From Tubiluchus corallicola (taxonomy: Eukaryota > Animalia > Priapulida): a DNA stretch of 64,000 nt. The DNA lies in contig JAQGDQ010002402.1 of the NCBI GenBank assembly GCA_030141605.1, forward strand, positions 1-64,000. Reading direction: 5' to 3'. Below, one piece after another: positions 20,783 to 32,292 of the stretch. Positions within the stretch are counted from its first letter, which is position 1; every line of letters begins with the position of its first letter. The notes beneath the pieces were generated by a model. The model was not told the DNA's origin. It was given only the letters and a program-made list of their open reading frames with translations, and ran no database searches. Position numbers and translations under genes: made by a program.

Positions 20783-21814
20783 TCAGTTTTCATTCATATA
20801 TTTTTTATTTCTACTCTTCATTATTACCCAAATTACTACTGTACCTCCTATAATGGCGGTAATGGAATTAAGGGGCAATATAGTAACGTTGCTAGGTAGT
20901 TGCGACACAATATCGCAAAGCAACATTATAATAATACCCATAAGTATGGTAGCAGGCAGTAAGGTTTTGTGCGTAGCTGTTCTCATTACAAGACGAGCAA
21001 TATGTGGTGTAGCGATGCCAATAAAAGCAATAGGACCTGTAAAAGCTGTAATGCTTCCTGATAGAAGAGCAGTAGAAACAATAATCCAAATACGTATTCT
21101 CTTAATATCAACACCCAACAACTTTGCATAATCACTACCCAGTAGCAAAGCATCCAAAGACTTAATAAGCAATGCTGAAATAAGTATCCCTACCAGAACA
21201 AAAATGGTCATTATTTGCAATTCGTCCCAACTTACTCCACCAAGATTGCCAAATGTCCAAACTATGAATTTTTGAGTTTGCAAGGGGGTGCTAAGCTGAT
21301 GCAATATATTTACAATAGACCCCACAATACTTCCCAGCATAATACCTATGATAAGTAGCGATACATTATTTTTAAGGTATATAGAAATAATAAATATAAT
21401 GATAAATATAAACAAAGCCCCTACCATTGCTGCTACAATTAACCCCCAATTGGCAGGAGTAATAGATAAATTGAAAAAACTACCCACCCAAGAAGTAGTA
21501 AGTATAAACAGTGCCACACCAAGGTTAGCTCCACTATTTATGCCCAGCACATAAGGTCCCGCCAACGGATTACGAAAAAGAGTTTGCATTATTAGCCCTG
21601 CTACCGACAACCCACTACCAACAAGTACAGCCGTAAAGGCTTTGGGCAAACGAAAGTGTAAAATAATATAACTTAATGTTTCATCACTTAAATTGCCCAG
21701 TAAAATATTAAAAGTTTTATTGAAGGGTATCGCTACACTACCCAGCATAATATCTAATAAAAAAAGAACAATGAATAATACTAGTAAAATGGCAAACGTT
21801 ATCTTATTTTTCAC
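20783..21814 (-). CDS. FecCD/BtuC family ABC permease
   Basis: FRLPKA, QTLFRNPLAGP..LGI, GPIAFIG...PH. Confidence 0.9.
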   Translation of the reverse strand: MKNKITFAILLVLFIVLFLLDIMLGSVAIPFNKTFNILLGNLSDETLSYIILHFRLPKAFTAVLVGSGLSVAGLIMQTLFRNPLAGPYVLGINSGANLGVALFILTTSWVGSFFNLSITPANWGLIVAAMVGALFIFIIIFIISIYLKNNVSLLIIGIMLGSIVGSIVNILHQLSTPLQTQKFIVWTFGNLGGVSWDELQIMTIFVLVGILISALLIKSLDALLLGSDYAKLLGVDIKRIRIWIIVSTALLSGSITAFTGPIAFIGIATPHIARLVMRTATHKTLLPATILMGIIIMLLCDIVSQLPSNVTILPLNSITAIIGGTVVIWVIMKSRNKKYMNEN

Positions 21815-22954
21815 TTATTGTAACTTTTTATAGAAATATAATGTATCATTAGGCAATAATTGAGGATGTAGTATTTTTATAATATCTCTTAAAATTAAAT
21901 CAGGTCTTACAACTCCAATTTCCCAAAAATCATTTGCAAATGCCCCTCTTGTCTTTTTACTACTGGTATATATATTCTTTGTTTTATAGGATTCCAGTAA
22001 CGCATATCGGGGATCTTTGTTAAAAACATCTTGTAAGGTTTGACAGTCGCTAGGTCCCAGCCATATATTTGCCTTGTGTTGATGTGCAAATATCTCTTCA
22101 AAACTAAGAGCCGTACTACCTGCTTTTAATGTATTTATATCATCCCACAACTGCGTAGATTGAGCATCGTTGAGTAATTGAAAAAAGTAATTACTTTTAT
22201 TAGGCACATACCATATACCTCTATAATACGAGCCAGTAAGTAATGTAGGTTTATGACTTATTGTCTCTGCTATTCGCTTCAAATCATTGTAGTTTTCTTC
22301 TACCATACTAAATATACTATCAGCCCGCCTCTCTGTATGAGTAAGAACAGCAAAAAACTTGATCCATTCTGCTCTGCCAAGAGGAGTTGTTTCGAGCCAT
22401 TCCGTAGTATACAAAGCATTAGGCAAATGCTTCTGGATATTTGAACTATTGTCGTACTGGGTAATGGTGATGATATCAGGCAATAGTTGAATGAGCTTTT
22501 CCATATTGAGAGTGGTATTGGGGTCTCCCACTTCATTGAGTTTTCTACGATATATCGTACTATCGTAAATATATTTTTTGTGAGATGTTGCAATGAGTTT
22601 ATCCTGCTGGTTGAGAGCTCTCAATATGCCTATGTGGGTATTGGAAAGAGAAGCGATAGTCTGTACGGGAGTGTAAATAATACGTGCATTGGAAGGAGTT
22701 TGTATACTGTCCTTCAAATGACGAGGTATAAGATGGTAGTGTGCAAGTGTTTGAGTACTATCCCACGGATTGTTAAGAGTAAGTATGGTATGAGAAAATG
22801 TGTGGGTTATAGTAAAATTTTTTGCATATGAAACCGTTATATGTTGTAAGTTGTGAGTTGTAAGGGGAGCGTTATTTAACTTTGCATAATGGTGAGTAGT
22901 ATTTGATGTACATCCATATAAAATAAATAGTATGACAAGAAGAAAATATTTCAT
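21815..22954 (-). CDS. Iron/cobalamin ABC substrate-binding lipoprotein (BtuF-like)
   Basis: Lipobox LYGC after MKYFLLV (ATG 22954); E.TPLGRAEWIKF and RPDLIL.D. Confidence 0.82.
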   Translation of the reverse strand: MKYFLLVILFILYGCTSNTTHHYAKLNNAPLTTHNLQHITVSYAKNFTITHTFSHTILTLNNPWDSTQTLAHYHLIPRHLKDSIQTPSNARIIYTPVQTIASLSNTHIGILRALNQQDKLIATSHKKYIYDSTIYRRKLNEVGDPNTTLNMEKLIQLLPDIITITQYDNSSNIQKHLPNALYTTEWLETTPLGRAEWIKFFAVLTHTERRADSIFSMVEENYNDLKRIAETISHKPTLLTGSYYRGIWYVPNKSNYFFQLLNDAQSTQLWDDINTLKAGSTALSFEEIFAHQHKANIWLGPSDCQTLQDVFNKDPRYALLESYKTKNIYTSSKKTRGAFANDFWEIGVVRPDLILRDIIKILHPQLLPNDTLYFYKKLQ

Positions 22955-23142
22955 TGCATAGAAGTGCTTAATTACAAAGGTATAAATATTTCTTTTGTTA
23001 TAGTCTTTTGCTATAGAAGCAAAATATAAAAGAACAAGTTTATATTTGCCATTTACAAATAAAAAAGAACAGTAACTTTTCATCTCTCAATTGTCAAATT
23101 TTTAATTATATTTAATACTCAATAAGAAAAAATAATAACCAA

Positions 23143-23724
23143 GTGCAACAAAAGATACTATATCTCATCATAATTCTCCTCGTCATAATCGCACAAAATA
23201 GCATTCCACAAAAAATAGCCAAAGCCAAAATAATAGAAGGAGATACACTTATAATGATAGAGCTATCTTCAGTACCTGTATTCGCTAATCCTCGAACTGC
23301 TAAACGCTACTGGAATAAGCATACAAGGCTTGTACGATACGTAAAAAAGATGTACCCCATAGCCAAAACAGCGAAAGAGAAATATTATGAAGTAACAAAG
23401 CACCTTTCTGACTTTGAAAAAAGGTCGCAACAAAGAAAATATATACGAAGTGTTAGCAAGGAAATAAAAAACCAATACGAAGAGGAAATAAGAAATATGA
23501 CTATCACACAAGGAAAAATACTATTAAAACTGATGCATAGAGAAATAGGTATTACCTCTTATGATATATTGGAAGAACTAAAAGGCTCATTTTCGGCTAT
23601 TATGTGGCAATCCATTGCTAGAATATTTGGAACAAACCTAAAAGCTACTTACAACCCTGCCAAAAATAAAGAAGATGCTATGATAGAATATGTAGTGCAA
23701 GCCATAGAACAAGGAAAACTGTAA
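23143..23724 (+). CDS. DUF4294-like protein
   Basis: VKKMYP.AK, TITQG.IL.KL..RE, WQ..A..FG pattern. Confidence 0.7.
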   Translation: MQQKILYLIIILLVIIAQNSIPQKIAKAKIIEGDTLIMIELSSVPVFANPRTAKRYWNKHTRLVRYVKKMYPIAKTAKEKYYEVTKHLSDFEKRSQQRKYIRSVSKEIKNQYEEEIRNMTITQGKILLKLMHREIGITSYDILEELKGSFSAIMWQSIARIFGTNLKATYNPAKNKEDAMIEYVVQAIEQGKL

Positions 23725-23767
23725 AAACACTCCTAAAAACAAGTTCTACCATTCTATAAACTATAAG

Positions 23768-26017
23768 CTATGGAGTGCTTAGGTAAAGAACAGGCCAAGA
23801 ACCATTGCCTAACCATTGCCAGGGAGTGGTTTCATCTCCTCCAAAAAGCCAGCCTTCAAAAACTTCCTTGTCCTCATTGCCCGAATCTATATAAATACCT
23901 CCATCCTCTTGCAAATTAGACCCCGAGGAAACTCCTGTGCCCCCTGAGGAAGTCTCTTGCAAGGTTTGTGATATATCCCAATAACAAGAAGTAATTGCAG
24001 AACTGTTATTTTTGTTATTCCCTACCAAACCGCCTAGACCTGCGCCACAGTTATCTGCCACAGGGCCTGAGGCATAACTATTAAGAATACTCCCATTTGC
24101 ACTATTCTCGCCTACTAAACCGCCAATGCGATAATTACCAAAAACATACAGGCTTATAACTTGACCAGTGGTATAAGTATTACTTATTGCTCCAGCGTTT
24201 TCTCCCACCAAGCCTCCTAGTTTATCTCTACCTGATACCTTTCCTGTAGAATAACTATTATTTATTGTCCCTTCTCCTTCGTTACGATGGTTCTTTCCCA
24301 CCAAGCCCCCAACACTTACATCCCCCGTTACAGAACCCGTAGAATAGCTCTCAGCGATAGAGCCTCCCCAATTCATCCCCACCAAGCCTCCAACAAATTC
24401 ATTCCCCTTTACAGAACTCGTAGAATAGCTACTATCTATTGTCCCGTTCCTGTTTACCTCTGAATAGATATTTATCCCCACCAAGCCTCCAACTTCAGTA
24501 TCCCCCTCCACAGAACCCGTAGAATAGCTCTCAGCGATAAAGCCGTCAGTAATGAATCCCACCAAGCCTCCAACATAAGCCTCTCCCGTTACAGAACCCG
24601 TAAAGGAACTACCAACAATAGAGCCCCACCAATATGCTCCCACCAAGCCTCCAACACCCTTATTACCCTTTACAGAACCTGTAGAATAACTATTAACAAC
24701 AGATGATCCCTCAATCCGCCCCACCAAGCCTCCAACAAAATCATTCCCCTTTACAGAGCCCGTAAAGGAACTACCAGCAATAGAGCCCCACCAATCCCAT
24801 CCCACCAAGCCTCCAGTATAGGTAAAACTCGTTCCCGTTCCCGTTACAGAACCCGTAAAGGAACTACCAACAATAGAGCCTTCCTGATTATGTCCCACCA
24901 AGCCTCCAGCAACACCCAAGCTTCCAGCACCTATAGTCCCCGTTACAGAACCCGTAAAGGAACTACCAACAATAGAGCCTCCCTGATTATGTCCCACCAA
25001 GCCTCCAGTAAATCTTCCTCCTCTTACATCACCATCTAATATGGTTAGATCCTTTACTTTTCCTTGTCCTTTTAGTACACCAAACAAACCCACATGGGAC
25101 GTATTTGCCCCTCTATTAATGTAAAAATTATGTATGGTATGGCCTTGTCCATCTAATGAGCCTGTAAAACTACCAACAGGAGAAAAACCCGACAAAGGAA
25201 ATGACGTAGGAAAACTTCCGCCATCAACAGGGGAGGGGAAAGAAATATCGCCTTCCAAATGATAATCGCCCTCTAAATCATACTTCATACCTTGTAAATC
25301 CTGCCAACTCCTTATCTTATATTGCTCCTTCAAAACTGAATGATCTATTGACAACACACCTTCTGGCAAAGAAAATGAGACTGATATGACTATTTCACCA
25401 TCCGAAATAGCTTTCCAACTATCCAAAGGTAAAGAACTACCTAAAAAACAGCGGCCACCAGCTATATCAACTGTGCCTGAACCAGCCGACTCTCCTGATA
25501 TCTCCAAGGTGTAATCGCTAACAACATCCGCTACGCCTACAAAAGAAACTTCAAATAAGCTGTCATTCTCAAAATCTCCTGAGCCTATCCTATCAGCTAT
25601 GCCAGAGTAACTCGAAACACGTAGGCTAAGCTCTTGTTTCTTTACCCTTACTTCATAGCGACGTTCAACGCCGCCCGTTGAGCTTACTACATAATCTACA
25701 GGGGAAGAATAGTCCCGAAAAACAAACGGTGAGGGGGAAATAACTGAACCTTCTGGTATCTCTGCTTTCGCTTTCAATCTTGATACTTCTAACCTTGGGG
25801 GACACAAGTACTCTATAATGTATTTGCCCGATGCACTCGGAGAATCTCCTATTGTGGCTTCGTCCCAATCCTCGCCTAATTGAAAGCTAAATGAAATTAT
25901 GGAATTGAGAATAGATGGAGAGTCTTCTTCTAACAAATCTCCTTCTTTATGGCATCCAAATAAAAGAAATAGCATAGAAAAAACAATTATACTATGCTTT
26001 AACAATCTTAACAGCAT
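23768..26017 (-). CDS. GLUG-repeat surface lipoprotein, copy 1 (749 aa)
   Basis: Lipobox LFGC22; FTGSLDGQGHTIHN; 12 GGLVG repeats; CYWD C-terminal cap. Confidence 0.85.
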   Translation of the reverse strand: MLLRLLKHSIIVFSMLFLLFGCHKEGDLLEEDSPSILNSIISFSFQLGEDWDEATIGDSPSASGKYIIEYLCPPRLEVSRLKAKAEIPEGSVISPSPFVFRDYSSPVDYVVSSTGGVERRYEVRVKKQELSLRVSSYSGIADRIGSGDFENDSLFEVSFVGVADVVSDYTLEISGESAGSGTVDIAGGRCFLGSSLPLDSWKAISDGEIVISVSFSLPEGVLSIDHSVLKEQYKIRSWQDLQGMKYDLEGDYHLEGDISFPSPVDGGSFPTSFPLSGFSPVGSFTGSLDGQGHTIHNFYINRGANTSHVGLFGVLKGQGKVKDLTILDGDVRGGRFTGGLVGHNQGGSIVGSSFTGSVTGTIGAGSLGVAGGLVGHNQEGSIVGSSFTGSVTGTGTSFTYTGGLVGWDWWGSIAGSSFTGSVKGNDFVGGLVGRIEGSSVVNSYSTGSVKGNKGVGGLVGAYWWGSIVGSSFTGSVTGEAYVGGLVGFITDGFIAESYSTGSVEGDTEVGGLVGINIYSEVNRNGTIDSSYSTSSVKGNEFVGGLVGMNWGGSIAESYSTGSVTGDVSVGGLVGKNHRNEGEGTINNSYSTGKVSGRDKLGGLVGENAGAISNTYTTGQVISLYVFGNYRIGGLVGENSANGSILNSYASGPVADNCGAGLGGLVGNNKNNSSAITSCYWDISQTLQETSSGGTGVSSGSNLQEDGGIYIDSGNEDKEVFEGWLFGGDETTPWQWLGNGSWPVLYLSTP

Positions 26018-26184
26018 TTTATTAGTGTATTTACTTTACTACTAGTTTATAGTAATCAAAATAATTAGTCAATACTTACAAAGATAAGGAATAGTGGGTG
26101 AAAATACAAGTAGAAAATATTCAGTAACATATTCTTTGATTTAATAGTAGAAAAATGAAAAAAGACTGTTGTTTTGCTAACAAA

Positions 26185-28200
26185 CTATGGAGTGTTTAGG
26201 TAAAGAACAGGCCAAGAACCATTGCCTAACCAGTGCCAGGGAGTGGTTTCATCTCCTCCAAAAAGCCAGCCTTCAAAAACTTCTTTGTCCTCATTGCCCG
26301 AATCTATATAAATACCTCCATCCTCTTGCAAATTAGACCCCGAGGAAACTCCTGTGCCCCCTGAGGAAGTCTCTTGCAAGGTTTGTGATATATCCCAATA
26401 ACAAGAAGTAATTGCAGAACTGTTATTTTTGTTATTCCCTACCAAACCGCCTAGACCTGCGCCACAGTTATCTGCCACAGGGCCTGAGGCATAACTATTA
26501 AGAATACTCCCATTTGCACTATTCTCGCCTACTAAACCGCCAATACGATAATTACCAAAAACATACAGGCTTATAACTTGACTAGTGGTGTAAGTATTAC
26601 TTATTGCTCCATCGTTTTCTCCCACCAAGCCTCCTAGTTTATCTCTACCTGATACCTTTCCTGTAGAATAACTATTATTTATTGTTCCATCATTTTCTCC
26701 CGCCAAGCCTCCTAGTTTATCCATACCTGATACCTTTCCTGTAGAATAACTATTATTTATTGCTCCATCGTTTTCTCCCACCAAGCCTCCTAGTTTATCT
26801 CTACCTGATACCTTTCCTGTAGAATAACTACCAACAATAGATGAGCTATCAACCCACCCCGCCAAGCCTCCAACAAAGTCACCACCTGTTACAGAACCCG
26901 TAGAATAACTACCAACAATAGATGAGCTATCAACCCACCCCACCAAGCCTCCAACACCCTTATTACCCTTTACAGAACCTGTAGAATAACTATTAACAAC
27001 AGATGATCCCTCAATCCGCCCCACCAAGCCTCCAACAAAATCATTCCCCTTTACAGAACCCGCAAAGGAACTACCAGCAATAGAGCCCCACCAATCCAAC
27101 CCCACCAAGCCTCCAACATGATCCGTTCCCGTTACAGACCCCGTAAAGGAACTACCAGCAATAGAGCCTCTGTCATTCATCCCCACCAAGCCTCCAGTAA
27201 ATTTTCCTCCTCTTACATCACCATCTAATATGGTTAGATCCTTTACTTCTCCTCCTCTTAGTATACTAAACAAACCCACATAGTTTTTATTACCCCTATT
27301 AATGTAAAAATTATGTATGGTATGGCCTTGTCCATCTAATGAGCCTGTAAAACTACCAACAGGAGAAAAACCCGACAAAGGAAATGACGTAGGAAAACTT
27401 CCGCCATCAACAGGGGAGGGGAAAGAAATATCGCCTTCCAAATGATAATCGCCCTCTAAATCATACTTCATACCTTGTAAATCCTGCCAACTCCTTATCT
27501 TATATTGCTCCTTCAAAACTGAATGATCTATTGACAACACACCTTCTGGCAAAGAAAATGAGACTGATATGACTATTTCACCATCCGAAATAGCTTTCCA
27601 ACTATCCAAAGGTAAAGAACTACCTAAAAAACAGCGGCCACCAGCTATATCAACTGTGCCTGAACCAGCCGACTCTCCTGATATCTCCAAGGTGTAATCG
27701 CTAACAACATCCGCTACGCCTACAAAAGAAACTTCAAATAAGCTGTCATTCTCAAAATCTCCTGAGCCTATCCTATCAGCTATGCCAGAGTAACTCGAAA
27801 CACGTAGGCTAAGCTCTTGTTTCTTTACCCTTACTTCATAGCGACGTTCAACGCCGCCCGTTGAGCTTACTACATAATCTACAGGGGAAGAATAGTCCCG
27901 AAAAACAAACGGTGAGGGGGAAATAACTGAACCTTCTGGTATCTCTGCTTTCGCTTTCAATCCTGATACCTCTAACGTTGGGGGACACAAGTACTCTATA
28001 ATGTATTTGCCCGATGCACTCGGAGAATCTCCTATTGTGGCTTCGTCCCAATCCTCGCCTAATTGAAAGCTAAATGAAATTATGGAATTGAGAATAGATG
28101 GAGAGTCTTCTTCTAACAAATCTCCTTCTTTATGGCATCCAAATAAAAGAAATAGCATAGAAAAAACAATTATACTATGCTTTAACAATCTTAACGGCAT
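26185..28200 (-). CDS. GLUG-repeat surface lipoprotein, copy 2 (671 aa)
   Basis: N-terminal ~300 aa and C-terminal ~140 aa near-identical to copy 1; 10 GGL(V/A)G repeats. Confidence 0.85.
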   Translation of the reverse strand: MPLRLLKHSIIVFSMLFLLFGCHKEGDLLEEDSPSILNSIISFSFQLGEDWDEATIGDSPSASGKYIIEYLCPPTLEVSGLKAKAEIPEGSVISPSPFVFRDYSSPVDYVVSSTGGVERRYEVRVKKQELSLRVSSYSGIADRIGSGDFENDSLFEVSFVGVADVVSDYTLEISGESAGSGTVDIAGGRCFLGSSLPLDSWKAISDGEIVISVSFSLPEGVLSIDHSVLKEQYKIRSWQDLQGMKYDLEGDYHLEGDISFPSPVDGGSFPTSFPLSGFSPVGSFTGSLDGQGHTIHNFYINRGNKNYVGLFSILRGGEVKDLTILDGDVRGGKFTGGLVGMNDRGSIAGSSFTGSVTGTDHVGGLVGLDWWGSIAGSSFAGSVKGNDFVGGLVGRIEGSSVVNSYSTGSVKGNKGVGGLVGWVDSSSIVGSYSTGSVTGGDFVGGLAGWVDSSSIVGSYSTGKVSGRDKLGGLVGENDGAINNSYSTGKVSGMDKLGGLAGENDGTINNSYSTGKVSGRDKLGGLVGENDGAISNTYTTSQVISLYVFGNYRIGGLVGENSANGSILNSYASGPVADNCGAGLGGLVGNNKNNSSAITSCYWDISQTLQETSSGGTGVSSGSNLQEDGGIYIDSGNEDKEVFEGWLFGGDETTPWHWLGNGSWPVLYLNTP

Positions 28201-28353
28201 TTTATTAGTATATTAGTTTATACAAAAAAATAACTATGCAATACTTACAAAGATAAGGAATAGTGGGTGAAAATACAAGTAGAAAATATTCAGTAACATA
28301 TTCTTTGATTTAATAGTAGAAAAATGAAAAAAGACTGTTGTTTTGCTAACAAA

Positions 28354-30398
28354 CTATGGAGTGTTTAGGTAAAGAACAGGCCAAGAACCATTGCCTATCC
28401 AGTGCCATGGAGCGGTCTCGTCTCCGCCAAAAAGCCAGCCTTCAAAAACTTCTTTGTCCTCATTGCCCGAATCTATATAAATACCTCCATCCTCTTGCAA
28501 ATTAGACCCCGAGGAAACTCCTGTGCCCCCTGAGGAAGTCTCTTGCAAGGTTTGTGATATATCCCAATAACAAGAAGTAATTGCAGAACTGTTATTTTTG
28601 TTATTCCCTACCAAACCGCCTAGACCTGCGCCACAGTTATCTGCCACAGGGCCTGAGGCATAACTATTAAGAATACTCCCATTTGCACTATTCTCGCCTA
28701 CTAAACCGCCAATACGATAATTACCAAAAACATACAGGCTTATAACTTGACTAGTGGTGTAAGTATTACTTATTGCTCCAGCGTTTTCTCCCACCAAGCC
28801 TCCTAGTTTATCTCTACCTGATACCTTTCCTGTAGAATAACTATTATTTATTGTCCCTTCTCCTTCGTTACGATGGTTCTTTCCCACCAAGCCCCCAACA
28901 CTTACATCCCCCGTTACAGAACCCGTAGAATAACTATTATTTATTGCTCCATCGTTTTCTCCCACCAAGCCTCCAACTTTATCCCCCTCCACAGAACCCG
29001 TAGAATAGCTCTCAGCGATAAAGCCTCAGTAATGAATCCCACCAAGCCTCCAACATAAGCCTCCCCCGTTACAGAACCCGTAAAGGAACTACCAACAATA
29101 GAGCCCCACCAATACACCCCACCAAGCCTCCAACACCCTTATTACCCTTTACAGAACCTGTAGAATAACTATTAACAACAGATGATCCCTCAATCCGCCC
29201 CACCAAGCCTCCAACAAAATCATTCCCCTTTACAGAGCCCGTAAAGGAACTACCAGCAATAGAGCCCCACCAATCCCATCCCACCAAGCCTCCAGTATAG
29301 GTAAAACTCGTTCCCGTTCCCGTTACAGAACCCGTAAAGGAACTACCAGCAATAGAGCCTCTGTGTTGGTTCATTCATCCCCACCAAGCCTCCAGTAAAT
29401 TTTCCTCCTCTTACATCACCATCTAATATGGTTAGATCCTTTACTTCTCCTCCTCTTAGTATACTAAACAAACCCACATAGTTTTTATTACCCCTATTAA
29501 TGTAAAAATTATGTATGGTATGGCCTTGTCCATCTAATGAGCCTGTAAAACTACCAACAGGAGAAAAACCCGACAAAGGAAATGACGTAGGAAAACTTCC
29601 GCCATCAACAGGGGAGGGGAAAGAAATATCGCCTTCCAAATGATAATCGCCCTCTAAATCATACTTCATACCTTGTAAATCCTGCCAACTCCTTATCTTA
29701 TATTGCTCCTTCAAAACTGAATGATCTATTGACAACACACCTTCTGGCAAAGAAAATGAGACTGATATGACTATTTCACCATCCGAAATAGCTTTCCAAC
29801 TATCCAAAGGTAAAGAACTACCTAAAAAACAGCGGCCACCAGCTATATCAACTGTGCCTGAACCAGCCGACTCTCCTGATATCTCCAAGGTGTAATCGCT
29901 AACAACATCCGCTACGCCTACAAAAGAAACTTCAAATAAGCTGTCATTCTCAAAATCTCCTGAGCCTATCCTATCAGCTATGCCAGAGTAACTCGAAACA
30001 CGTAGGCTAAGCTCTTGTTTCTTTACCCTTACTTCATAGCGACGTTCAACGCCGCCCGTTGAGCTTACTACATAATCTACAGGGGAAGAATAGTCCCGAA
30101 AAACAAACGGTGAGGGGGAAATAACTGAACCTTCTGGTATCTCTGCTTTCGCTTTCAATCCTGATACCTCTAACGTTGGGGGACACAAGTACTCTATAAT
30201 GTATTTGCCCGATGCACTCGGAGAATCTCCTATTGTGGCTTCGTCCCAATCCTCGCCTAATTGAAAGCTAAATGAAATTATGGAATTGAGAATAGATGGA
30301 GAGTCTTCTTCTAACAAATCTCCTTCTTTATGGCATCCAAATAAAAGAAATAGCATAGAAAAAACAATTATACTATGCTTTAACAATCTTAACGGCAT
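28354..30398 (-). pseudogene. GLUG-repeat surface lipoprotein, copy 3, frameshifted in the repeat region
   Basis: Split into ORFs 29343-30398, 29069-29374 and 28354-28992; indels near 29370, 29115, 29025 and 28980 relative to copies 1/2. Could be an assembly artefact. Confidence 0.7.
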
Positions 30399-30688
30399 TT
30401 TATTAGTATATTAGTTTATACAAAAAAATAACTATGCAATACTACAAAGATAAGAAATAGCGAGTGAAAACACAAGTAAAAAATATCTAATGGCATAGTC
30501 AGCAAAGAGAACTATTTTCTTTCAGCACGAACGGAATATTTTATCATAATGAAAAATCAGGCTTGTAAATGATTTTCTGCTACGCAGAGTTTTAACTTTT
30601 ATTCTCTTTAACCGTAGTTGTACCAAGACAACCAAGCAGAACGAGCTCACTCATACCCTTGAAAATAAAATACATTGTTATTTATAAA

Positions 30689-30979
30689 CTACTTCACCAC
30701 AATATTCTTAATTACTTCTCTCCCCACTGCACTATTCAGCTGCTCTATTAAAGTAGTTTTTAACATCAATAGCTCTCCCCTTACAATAGATGACTGAATA
30801 GACACAAACAGTATTTCATTTTTTATGAACAAATTAGTTGTTCTGCTCGCCACAGTTTTTCCCACCACCTTACTCCAAGCAGCCATCAATCTTTGTTCAT
30901 TGATCTTTCTATCAATTTTTGCTTCCCTAAGAAAACGACTAATAACTGTTGCTATATTTTCAGTATTTTTGCGTCTCAT
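30689..30979 (-). CDS. DUF721 / DciA family protein
   Basis: W..VVG..VASRT pattern; immediately downstream of recF. Confidence 0.8.
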   Translation of the reverse strand: MRRKNTENIATVISRFLREAKIDRKINEQRLMAAWSKVVGKTVASRTTNLFIKNEILFVSIQSSIVRGELLMLKTTLIEQLNSAVGREVIKNIVVK

Positions 30980-31034
30980 AAGTCTTGTTTTCCTTTAAAA
31001 AAATAAGGCTACAAATTATAGGAGGTATTCAAAC

Positions 31035-32141
31035 CTACTGTTCATCTTTAATATCTCCTCCTTCCACCAGCATTAACTTATATCCCTCCCCTATCTTCTT
31101 CAATATCTTATCCATCCGTTCGCGGTTGGTATCCGTTACAAAAATTTGCTTAAAACTATTTTCTGCCACCAGTTTTACCACCTGTTCCACTCTGGTAGCA
31201 TCCAACATATCAAAAATATCATCCAACAACAAAATAGGTTTAAACTTATTGATATTTTTGATAAAATCAAATTGTGCCAACTTCAAGGCAATAAGAAAAG
31301 TCTTACGCTGCCCTTGTGAACCAAACCTCTTAATAGCATTGTTACCCAACGAAAAAACAACATCGTCCTTATGCACTCCCACTGTCGTATATTGTATCAT
31401 CCTATCCTTTTCCATTGCTTCTGTTAATAAAGTCCTAAAATCAGTATTATGCAGTTTAGAATCATACATTAACCCAACTTTCTCTTTCCCACCAGAGATA
31501 TACCTATAATATTTCTCAAAAATAGGAATCAGCTGTTCTATAAAAGCCATCCTCTTTTTATAAATGAATTTTCCTTTTTCAACCAGCTGTTCATCCCATA
31601 AGGAGAGGCTCTCTTCATCAAAATATCTTTTCCGAGCAAAATCCTTTAACAATACATTCCTATGTTGTAGTGCTTTATTATATTTTACTAAGGCTTCTAA
31701 ATAAGATTTGTCGTACTGGCAAATAACACTATCCACAAAGCGTCTACGCTCTTCACTTCCTTCTATTATCAACTTAATATCGCTAGGAGATACAATCACC
31801 AACGGTATCAAGCCCAAATGCTCAGACAAGCGTTCATATTTTTTTTTATTACGTCTAAATTGTTTTTTCTGCCCCTTTTTCACCCCACAATGTATTATCT
31901 CCTCTTTACCTTTCATATCAAACATACCCTGTACATACATAAAACTCTCTCCTTCCTTAATATTTTGGCTGTCAACAGGGTTCAAAAAACTTTTACAAAA
32001 GGACAAAAGATAAATACCATCTAAAATATTCGTCTTCCCCACACCATTATCACCCACAAAGCAATTTATCTTTGGGTGAAATTCAACGTCCAACTCCACA
32101 ATATTTTTAAAATTCAATAATGACAATTTCTTCAAAAACAT
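31035..32141 (-). CDS. recF: DNA replication/repair protein RecF
   Basis: NFKN, GDNGVGKTN, GSQGQRK, ILLLDDIF; ATG 32141 preferred. Confidence 0.95.
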   Translation of the reverse strand: MFLKKLSLLNFKNIVELDVEFHPKINCFVGDNGVGKTNILDGIYLLSFCKSFLNPVDSQNIKEGESFMYVQGMFDMKGKEEIIHCGVKKGQKKQFRRNKKKYERLSEHLGLIPLVIVSPSDIKLIIEGSEERRRFVDSVICQYDKSYLEALVKYNKALQHRNVLLKDFARKRYFDEESLSLWDEQLVEKGKFIYKKRMAFIEQLIPIFEKYYRYISGGKEKVGLMYDSKLHNTDFRTLLTEAMEKDRMIQYTTVGVHKDDVVFSLGNNAIKRFGSQGQRKTFLIALKLAQFDFIKNINKFKPILLLDDIFDMLDATRVEQVVKLVAENSFKQIFVTDTNRERMDKILKKIGEGYKLMLVEGGDIKDEQ

Positions 32142-32292
32142 ACCCCAGTATTTAAACACACAAAAATAAGAAAATAAACACTTCGTAATACCAAACAAAA
32201 TATTATATTTGCATCACAATTTTTTTAAGACTTCTACCAAGTTACAGCTAAAAAGAAGTTTTTTTTACAAAAGATAAATTAATATTTTATTT

